64,000 nucleotides of DNA from Nitrospirales bacterium (GTDB taxonomy: Bacteria > Nitrospirota > Nitrospiria > Nitrospirales > UBA8639), in the NCBI GenBank assembly GCA_965203295.1, contig CBDBCZ010000019.1, positions 1,408,001-1,472,000 on the forward strand, written 5' to 3'. The notes beneath the pieces are model-generated. The model saw only the letters and a program-made list of their open reading frames with translations, did not search any database and had not been told where the DNA came from. How positions within the stretch are numbered: the first letter of the stretch is position 1; each line of letters starts with the position of its first letter. Below are positions 55,746-64,000 of the stretch, piece by piece. Made by a program: the position numbers and the translations under genes.

Positions 55746-57686
55746 TTATTGGCTATCGTGTTTTACGGAAGCGGCTTGCTGGAGCATCAATTGGGGACTC
55801 ACCCATCGTTCCGCTGGTCCATGGGATTCCATGATCACCGAGACAGCCACCGTGAGGTAATTTCTTGCTGGTCCAGAGTAATATCCTGCGGTGGGTGCGA
55901 TGTCTTGGTAGTCCCGACCTATGGCTACGGTAATATATCGTTCATCGCATCGACATTGGTGAGTCGGGTCATAGGCTATCCAAACAGGGCTTCGCTGTGG
56001 GCCGCTGGAAAAGAGTACTTCTACCCATGCGTGCATTTGCCCTTCTCCTGGTAGATACCCTGATATATAGCGTGCGGGAAGACCGGCTTGGCGGCAAAGC
56101 GAGAGCATGATATGGGCGTAGTCCTGGCATACGCCAGCCGCCTGAGAAAAGGCTATAGACGCACCCGTGCCGACATGAGTGCGTCCTGGTTCATATCGCA
56201 TGTGGGCATGGACTTGATAGAGAAAGGAATCTGCCATTTCTTCCTGGGTCATTCCACGGTCTTTGGTCCGACGTGCGATTTGAAATAAAGCATCAGAATT
56301 GTCAACGAGTGTTGTCGACCTCGTAAACTCGGCAGATTCAACTGTGCAATCTGATTCTTGAGGACTGACTCCTTGCAAACTGAGGGATCCATCAGCCTCG
56401 TAGAGGCTCTGGGTCTCAACACGTATCTCGACGGTACAAGCGATTTCCTTCTCAATATACACATGGTCTAGCTGGCAGACTAAGTTCCCAAAGGCATCGG
56501 AAAAATGGCGATAGTCGGAAGGTGGATCAATATGCCAGCGAAGATCCAAGCGGTGCTGTCGCCCATAATGTTGAGGGGGAAACATTCGCATAAGGGTGCT
56601 GACGTTAGAAACCGGAGACTCGTAGGTGTAGTTGAACTGATGGCGAACTGAGAGAATGCCTTTTACAGGAGACCGGATAGGCTCCGTGATACGAATAACG
56701 GGTCTCCGACCGTGGTAGGAAGGAGTAGTGGTTTGTGAATATCCGGAACTCCGAAAAAACGCATGGGCGATCTTGTTCGTGATTTGATCAATTTGATCCA
56801 TCACTTGGGTTAAAAAAATAGGAAGCCCTAGTCTGTAGACTTCTTCCAGGTTTCCGAATTCCAGGTCTGAGGCCAATCGACCGCTCAAGCGGTCGCATTC
56901 TCGAATTTCCTGGCCGCGAGCATGACCAGAGAGTCTAGAAAGGAGGTCACGGATAAGAGTAGTGGTAAACCGCACTGAGCGGGGAAATTTATTATGAAAT
57001 AAAAGAAATTGGACAATTTTTCGTGGCACGAGTTGGGAGCGGTAAAATTTCCGGTAGGCTTCAAAGGCGCTGGCTGACTTGAGGATAGCCAGACATTGAT
57101 GATGCTCAGAAATGGCGCCGGGCTCGGAGGCGGCTTTGACCAAAACAGAGTTATCCAATAGTCTAGACGTCCGCCCTGCGCGTTCCACGTTCTTTCCTAG
57201 CCGATAGAAATTCCATCCTTCATCGTGCAACATCGTGCTTCCCATGATCCCTTCCGCGGTATAACACATATGTTGAATATGGTTGAGAAGGTGGTGAGTC
57301 CCTGTCCAAAGTTTGCCAGAAATCTGATCCCTCAGGCTTAAGTAAAAGTCGTTGAGGTGATACCAGACCTCACTGGAAATTTGGTCTTGGATTCCCCGGG
57401 CATTCGAGCGAGTCATCTCGATCAGATTAGCCAGAGAGTTAGGATTCTGGCGATTGAGGGTTAAAAATTCCACCACTGACTGAGTGGCGATCTGGCTATA
57501 GAGTTCCTGATAGAGGGAAAATTCGCCATTAGCCTCCAAATACCCTTGCCAAATTTCATCTTGATCCTGCCAACTGGCTATTTCTAAGAGAAGATGATAA
57601 TTGACATTCGTAAACCGGGATACGTATTCCGCGCGTTCAAGGTAGCGCCCAATCCAAAATAATGCCTCTGCGGTTCGACTGAGCAT
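55746..57686 (-). CDS. Alpha-E (DUF403) domain fused to bacterial transglutaminase
   Basis: MLSRTAEALFWIGRYLERAE, G..VERA, FPRSV; then GVCQDYAH, HAWVE, DPT, GRDY.D..P. Confidence 0.9.
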   Translation of the reverse strand: MLSRTAEALFWIGRYLERAEYVSRFTNVNYHLLLEIASWQDQDEIWQGYLEANGEFSLYQELYSQIATQSVVEFLTLNRQNPNSLANLIEMTRSNARGIQDQISSEVWYHLNDFYLSLRDQISGKLWTGTHHLLNHIQHMCYTAEGIMGSTMLHDEGWNFYRLGKNVERAGRTSRLLDNSVLVKAASEPGAISEHHQCLAILKSASAFEAYRKFYRSQLVPRKIVQFLLFHNKFPRSVRFTTTLIRDLLSRLSGHARGQEIRECDRLSGRLASDLEFGNLEEVYRLGLPIFLTQVMDQIDQITNKIAHAFFRSSGYSQTTTPSYHGRRPVIRITEPIRSPVKGILSVRHQFNYTYESPVSNVSTLMRMFPPQHYGRQHRLDLRWHIDPPSDYRHFSDAFGNLVCQLDHVYIEKEIACTVEIRVETQSLYEADGSLSLQGVSPQESDCTVESAEFTRSTTLVDNSDALFQIARRTKDRGMTQEEMADSFLYQVHAHMRYEPGRTHVGTGASIAFSQAAGVCQDYAHIMLSLCRQAGLPARYISGYLPGEGQMHAWVEVLFSSGPQRSPVWIAYDPTHQCRCDERYITVAIGRDYQDIAPTAGYYSGPARNYLTVAVSVIMESHGPAERWVSPQLMLQQAASVKHDSQ

Positions 57687-57687
57687 G

Positions 57688-59148
57688 TTATCCTTCCCCG
57701 TATAAAACCCAGGTGTCTTTACTCCCACCCCCCTGGGACGAGTTGACCACAAGGGAGCCCCTTGTTAAAGCGACTCGGGTGAGGCCTCCAAGGGACATCG
57801 TAATGTCCTGTCCCCATAAAATAAATGGTCTGAAGTCAATGTGACGGCCCCTGAGTTTGCTCGGGGTATCTTGATCCGAGATGACGCAGGGGTGCTGTGA
57901 CATGGTCACAACTGGTTGAGCGATATAATTCCGTGGATTTGCCCTAATGAGGTCCCGAAATCTATTCTGATCACTCTGAGAAGATGCCGGTCCAATCAAC
58001 ATTCCATATCCACCTGATTCGTCCACAGATTTCACGACAAGGGAGGATAGGTGTTCCAGGACGTATTGACGGTCGTCATCACGAAGACAGAGATACGTGG
58101 GAACATTACGGAGAATGGGACGTTCAGTTAAATAATATTCGATCATCAGGGGCACATAAGAGTAGATGGCTTTATCATCTGCAACCCCGTTTCCTACTGC
58201 GTTGGCAAGAGCGACATTCCCAGCTTTGTAGGCGCGTATGAGTCCGGGAACGCCAAGGGCTGAGTCGCTTCTGAAGACTTCGGGATCCAGAAAATCATCA
58301 TCAATTCTGCGATAGATGACATCAACTTGTTGAAGCCCTTGGGTCGTCTTCATATAGACTCTATCACCTTCCACTACCAGATCTTGACCTTCAACAAGTT
58401 CGATTCCCATTTGGAGTGAAAGGAAACAATGTTCAAAGTACGCAGAATTATAGATGCCGGGAGTAAGAAGTACGATAGTCGGATTTTCCCGGGCATCTGA
58501 TGCGAGGTAACGCAGGTTTTCCCACAATTGAATAGGATAATGATCCACCGGACGTACCCTCATTTCGGCAAAGAGGCGAGGGAAAATCTGTTTGAGAACA
58601 ATACGATTTTCAAGGACATAGGAGATCCCTGAAGGTAGTCGGAGGTTATCTTCTAATACACAGTATGTGCCATCATGATCGCGAATCAGATCAATTCTTC
58701 CAATGTGAATAAAAATGTCCTTGGGAGGACGAAATCCCATCAGTTCGCGATGGAAATGCTTTGAGCTTTCGACGAGTTCACGAGGAATGAGCTCGTCATT
58801 TAGAATGTGTTGGTTGCCATAGATGTCTAAAAGAAAAGAATTGAGAGCACGAGTCCGTTGACGAAGTCCTTCTTCCAGATCTCGCCATTCACTATTGGCA
58901 ATGATTCGTGGAAGTAGATCAAAGGGGAAGACACGTTCTGTCTAATGGTCATCACCATATACCGTAAAGGTAATACCTTGGCGAAGAAACGCCTGTTCAG
59001 CCTGACGCCTGTTCCATTGGAATTCCTGAATGGTCATTTCCTTCAGACGTTCGATGAGTTGTCGGTAAGGAGGACGAGGCGTTCCTGAGGGCTCAAACAT
59101 TTCATCAAAGCCCTGATTGGGTTTGTAATTGGCGAATAGGTCTTTCAT
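57688..59148 (-). pseudogene. Circularly permuted type 2 ATP-grasp ligase with in-frame TAG at 58942-58944
   Basis: [58 protein letters not shown]. Confidence 0.92.
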
Positions 59149-59423
59149 CTAGGAATCATCTCTTTTTCGCTTCGTTCCCGGAGTTCTCTCATGTCTTTCT
59201 AGAAAGTCCACACTTGCAGGCACGATATTACAGCGGCGCAAAGCTTGGGTAAACCTCTGAAAACAAAGAAGAACCAGGCGGCGGGCCTTTTTAAATATCT
59301 CCAGTTGCTTTTGATGGCTCATCGAGTGGGTCAGTTTGACCGGTGTGGTGAAAATGTTGAATTTTTCAACAGTCCTCTAAAGGTTGACGGTCCTGTTTGA
59401 AGGCAGTATCGTCCGCGATCGTT

Positions 59424-61301
59424 ATGTTACGCGCACTTTTTGATAGACGTCGCGATGCCCTACAACGGAGTATTGAACGCGCGGGACGTTGGCTTGATCG
59501 TGGCACACATGTCAGTTCCCAATTTAGTCGATGGCGGATGGGGATTTTCCTCATAGGGTTTGTTGTTTGTCTATGTTTTTATAAGGCTGAGTGGTTTCAT
59601 AGCGGTAATGGGGCACTCGCCATATTCATTCTTATTTTTCTTGCTGTCGCCCATTACCATAGTCGGCTTGAATACCGACTTAAACGTCTCAGGCTTTGGC
59701 AACATATCAAGCGAACCCATCTGGCCCGCTTGCGTCTGGATTGGGATGGATTGCCTCCTCCCAAAGACGCCGGTTGCCCATCGCCAAATCATCCCTATCG
59801 AGACGATCTTGATATCACGGGTGTGTATTCCTTGCTCAGATTGTTTGATTCGACTATTTCCACTAATGGACATGAATGTCTCAAGGAGTGGTTGCTCAAT
59901 CAGAACGACAATCGATTAGAAGGTTCTTCTTGGGCAGACCGTCAAACTCTCGTGAAAGAAATCGCCTCTCTGCCCAGTTTGCGGGATCGTCTGGCCTTAG
60001 TGGCTCGTCTGATTGATGAACGACCTCTAGATGGCAAGCGAGTTACTGCGCTTGTCGAGACCCCTGTTGATTTTCCTCAACTGCTTCCAGTTGTCCTTTT
60101 AGGATCATTCCTGTGTGCTGCAACCCTCATCCTTGTTCTCTGGTCTATGGGATGGGGTGCTCCCAGCTATTGGGGTTTTTCTTTCAGTGGTTATGTTGTG
60201 TTGTACTTGTTGACCTCAGGATATACGGCTCCTGTATTTGGTCGTGTGCTCGCGCTTCGGCATGAATTAGATCAACTTGTTCAGATCGTCAAGCTGTTGG
60301 AAAAGAGGCCCATGAATCATTTCCCCCATGTTCAGAATGCTTGTCATCCCTTAATTTCTGGAGAGTCTCGACTTTCAAAAGCGTTGAAACCACTGGCATG
60401 GATTTGTCATGGGCTGAGTGTGAAAGCTCATCCGCTCATTCATGTCATCCTCAATATGATACTGCCTTGGGATTTGTGGTTGACCTATGCCTTTCGTCAT
60501 ACGTGTGGCCACCTTCGTCCCCTTCTCCCGTTATGGCTGGAGCGATTAGCCATATTCGATGCTGCCTCTGCTCTTGGCGGTTTTGCATGTATTTACCCTC
60601 ACTATGCATGGCTTCAGATTTAAGTCGTCAATGAACCGAAGGCGTCGATTGTCTTGACTGTTCACGGGATCGGCCATCTACTTCTCTCTCCTGCGAAGCG
60701 TGTGACAAACAATATTTCGCTGAAAGGGTGCGGCAAAGTCATCCTCGTGACTGGCTCGAATATGTCCGGAAAAAGCACCTTTCTTCGAACGATCGGTATC
60801 AACGCGTGTTTGGCCCAAGCTGGTGCTCCTGTCTGTGCCGACTTCTTCCATGCGAATTGGATGCGAATATTTTCTTGTATCAGGGTCACTGATTCTCTTA
60901 AGGCTGGGCTTTCTTATTTCTATGCGGAAGTTAAACGTTTGAAGATTGTGCTGGATGCGGTGAAGGAAGACCATCCGACGCCGGTGCTGTTCCTCATCGA
61001 TGAAATTTTTAAAGGAACCAACAACAAAGAGGGGTTATTGGGGAGTGAGGCTTTTATTCGGGCTTTGGTTCGTAGCAATGGGCTTGGGCTTATTAGCACC
61101 CATGATTTAGAGTTATCTCGGCTAGAAGGAGACTTGCAGGGTGTGACAAACGTGCACTTTCAAGAGACAGTGGAGGGTAACGAATTGGTCTTCGATTATC
61201 GCGTGAGATCTGGTCCCTGTCCTACAACAAACGCTCTTAAAATCATGGTGAAGGAAGGGCTTCCAGTACCAGATGAAGCCCAAGGACCTGCAGAGGTTTA
61301 G
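59424..61301 (+). pseudogene. Membrane-anchored MutS-like ATPase (domain V) with in-frame TAA at 60621-60623
   Basis: TM N-half with HPY..DLDI.G..SL; same-frame C-half TGSNMSGKST, SYFYAEV, LIDEIF.GTN, STHD. Confidence 0.88.
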
Positions 61302-61312
61302 GGGATAAACAA

Positions 61313-61582
61313 TTAGGGGTCTGACTTATCCTGGTCAGTTTTCTCTCCGGTGGATGTTCCGCACTGGGCACAATAGTAATCATACAGATTGCCAGTGGGG
61401 AGAACGAGAAGCAACCGTTCTCGAGTAGGGGTCGCGGTTTGGCAAGTCGGGCAATAGAGAAGAGAAGCCCGAAGCGACTTAAATTGTGAATCATCAGAGG
61501 GCGGGGTAGGAGATCGTCTTCGAGGAGAGAAGCCATGGGGAAGAGGTCCTGGAGGCTTAGACTGAAAAGGAAATTGAGACAT
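61313..61582 (-). CDS. Small zinc-ribbon hypothetical protein
   Basis: LYCPTC...RERLLLVLP.G.LYDYYCAQCG (two CxxC). Confidence 0.75.
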   Translation of the reverse strand: MSQFPFQSKPPGPLPHGFSPRRRSPTPPSDDSQFKSLRASLLYCPTCQTATPTRERLLLVLPTGNLYDYYCAQCGTSTGEKTDQDKSDP

Positions 61583-61635
61583 AATTTGATCTTAGCCAAT
61601 GAATTTTTAAGGGTCAAGACTTATGGAGTCTTGAT

Positions 61636-61807
61636 GTGAATCCCCACGGCTTTTCCACGCGCCGTAGCGCTCCCGACCTTCGTCGCAACTTCCGTCTTCG
61701 AGGGCCGGAACCTTCGGCGGCGGCTCGATGCGCAGGCGTGGAGACGGGAATCCCACCCCCTACCAGGAAAAGCAAGATGGATCCCCGCTAAAAACTGCGA
61801 GGATGAC
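61636..61807. repeat. Degenerate CGTC-type REP-like element with nested GC-rich hairpins
   Basis: TCCACGC(61654-60)/GCGTGGA(61736-42), TTCCG/CGGAA inner stem, GGGAATCC, ATGGATCCCCGC..GCGAGGATGAC. Confidence 0.6.
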
Positions 61808-61898
61808 AGACGGACATGTTTCCATGACCGTGGCCGCCTATCTTCACAATTTCGCCGGCCCCTGCCTGAAAGAAGAAATGCAAGTTTTTACAGGAAAC

Positions 61899-63470
61899 TC
61901 ACTCGTCAGGAAATCTTTGCTGCGGTTGATGTTGGGGTTTCAGCAAGTCAAAGACGGTTTTCGCAGGATTAAAAGTACTACGAGGAACCTCAACAAAGAC
62001 GGTATTCCAAAAAGCCATGCCTCCGTTCCATAGGCCAGGTAATTCGAGTGCTTTTAATTCCCGTCCTTCATGAGATTTTCGCGTAATAAAGCCTCCCTCA
62101 GGATCAACGAATTGTCGCAAGTCAAATGCATCGCCGCGACAATCTCGAACACCACATATGAGATCCACAGGGTTGAAATAAGTCGATGTCGAGAATAATG
62201 CTTTTTGCTCTGGATTGTTGAAATCCACTTGAGCACTTTCCACGATCTGAAGAGAGAGTAATCCGTTTGTCTGTTCCACCCAAAATGGACCACCGCCTGG
62301 ATCTCCAATATTTTTCACCATACCACAAACCCTCAAGGGTCTGTTCAAACTTCCGACGAGAAACTCTAACTGTTTTTCTGAATTCCATTGATCAAACAGT
62401 GCAGGAAGATCTCTGCATAGGACCTTCCTCGTAAAGTTGGCCACTTCTTTCATGAATGAGGGTGAGACCGCCTTTTCGGCAAAGCTTTGGAGATAAGCAA
62501 ACACAGTGTCTTGAAGTGAAATAAGATAGCCTCCGAGGATCTTTTTCCATAGAACGGTTTCTTCTTTCAAATGATCCGGTACGACATTATCGATATTTTT
62601 AATGAGAATAATATCCCCCTGGAGGTCAATGATGTTTTCCAAAAGAGCTCCATGGCCACCGGGTCGAAAATGCAAGTTTCCTTCCTTTGTCCGAAAGAGT
62701 TGATTGTCTAGATTGACAGAGATTGTATCAGTCGAAGGTTTTTGAGTAGAAAACGTGACGTCGAACGTTCCACCAGAGGGTGCGTAGCATGTTTGGACCT
62801 TTTGAAAATGGCTTTTCACGGCACTTTCATGCTCAGGAGAGACGGTGAAATGGACACGGGCTCGACCTTGGCCGTCTTGGGCATACAGCACCGCTTCCAC
62901 AAGGTGTTCTTCTAACGGTGTTCGGGCCTGATCCCCATATTGATGAAATGTATGGAGTCCTTTAGGAAGGGCCGAGTAATTCATGCCCTGTTGGGTTAAT
63001 AAAAAATCTAGAATTGGGCTTTCTTCACCTTTGCTCCGTAGAAAATCAATATCCAACTCTTTTTGATTCAAGCCATTTCGAATCTCATGATAAAAGGCAA
63101 ACTTGTGGAGCTCTTGTAAAAATCGATCCAAACTTTTCTGCTCGTGTTCATTAAGATCATCTTTTGGCGTTCCCGTGGCCTGAGCGCGACTTCGCTCTTG
63201 GCAGACCAAAAGCGACTTGAACATTCGGCTAGCCGCCCCGGACGCCGGAACGAATTTCGTGACTCTTCCTGCTGATGCAGCTTTTTCAAAGATTGCTATA
63301 GAGCCAGATTGCTCTGGTGGAGTCAGTACAACGATGCCATCGTTGATCGTGCAAGCTCGATGCAGTTTTGTAAAAGGAATTCCCTTCTTAAATTGTGCGA
63401 CTTGTGCGGCAATTTGGTCTGCCGTGATTCCCTTTGAGATGAGGGAAGCTAAATCTTTGTCGGTGAACAT
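61899..63470 (-). CDS. DUF4301-family protein (nucleotidyltransferase-like)
   Basis: KFVPASGAASRMFK, FRPGGHGALL, IKNIDNV, RPLRVCGMV, ALELPGLWNGGMA. Confidence 0.9.
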   Translation of the reverse strand: MFTDKDLASLISKGITADQIAAQVAQFKKGIPFTKLHRACTINDGIVVLTPPEQSGSIAIFEKAASAGRVTKFVPASGAASRMFKSLLVCQERSRAQATGTPKDDLNEHEQKSLDRFLQELHKFAFYHEIRNGLNQKELDIDFLRSKGEESPILDFLLTQQGMNYSALPKGLHTFHQYGDQARTPLEEHLVEAVLYAQDGQGRARVHFTVSPEHESAVKSHFQKVQTCYAPSGGTFDVTFSTQKPSTDTISVNLDNQLFRTKEGNLHFRPGGHGALLENIIDLQGDIILIKNIDNVVPDHLKEETVLWKKILGGYLISLQDTVFAYLQSFAEKAVSPSFMKEVANFTRKVLCRDLPALFDQWNSEKQLEFLVGSLNRPLRVCGMVKNIGDPGGGPFWVEQTNGLLSLQIVESAQVDFNNPEQKALFSTSTYFNPVDLICGVRDCRGDAFDLRQFVDPEGGFITRKSHEGRELKALELPGLWNGGMAFWNTVFVEVPRSTFNPAKTVFDLLKPQHQPQQRFPDE

Positions 63471-63679
63471 ATTCCCTGAAGAGTCCTTTTGAACAATCGA
63501 CACTTTCGGTGGGGGATCTTGGTTAGAAAAGAGTGGTCTAAGGACCAAAATCGTTAGAGAAGGATTTTGTCAATGAGGAAACTCCGACATCCCTGCATCG
63601 AGAATGGGTTGGGTTGTGCACGAATTGATGAGCAATTGGAAAACGTTCCTTAATACTATAGAACCCTCAATGCCTAGCT

Positions 63680-63850
63680 TTAATCCTGAGCACCTCCTTG
63701 GAGATATCCCATGCCAATTTTTATGGCTCGACGCGTGACTTCAGTCCAACGATTCTCTGGGTATTCGGCGAGAACCTTGGCGATTTTGGGATCCTGAATG
63801 TCGAGTTGAGATATTTTAATGATGCCGTCCTCGATCTTGATCTCTGCCAC
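63680..63850 (-). CDS. Small hypothetical protein (56 aa)
   Basis: GAAGGAGG RBS before GTG 63850; AEIKIEDGIIKISQLDIQDP...RRAIKIGMGYL. Confidence 0.65.
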   Translation of the reverse strand: MAEIKIEDGIIKISQLDIQDPKIAKVLAEYPENRWTEVTRRAIKIGMGYLQGGAQD

Positions 63851-64000
63851 AAGCCATCCTCCTTCTGTATAGGACATTTCGTGAACCTGTGGGGTGCAAC
63901 TCATCTCGTCTTCCCCTGGTTTCATACTAATCGCGAAGTGAGTGAACCTCCTATTTTCTTGACAGCGTAAGGAGTGCATGTTAGCATTTTTTCAGGTGTT

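Overview
Bacterial chromosomal window, probably Nitrospirota (inferred from gene order and protein style, not from a database search). It carries housekeeping blocks (rdgB-tRNA-Pro-tRNA-Arg; rsmD-coaD-aspC; gatC-panD-gatA-DUF948-YtxH-gatB; eno-ftsB-era-mgtE-recO; tmk-holB-metG; glmU-glmS). It also holds a ~16 kb surface-polysaccharide locus (31.7-47.4 kb), an ATP-grasp / alpha-E-transglutaminase module and three CGTC-type REP-like palindromes. No CRISPR array, integrase or transposase was seen. The dominant signal is genome erosion: 12 accessory genes are broken by in-frame stops (TGA, TAG and TAA all occur), small indels or a 22-bp tandem duplication. Many intact genes, including essential ones, show GC-to-AT-type changes in conserved motifs. 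The best candidate for an unusual system is a Ski2/HelY-like helicase encoded as two intact genes in reversed order (C-terminal half upstream of the N-terminal half). Smaller points are an intact NAD synthetase coupled inside the decaying glycan operon, an AT-rich islet behind tRNA-Arg and several unannotated small proteins.
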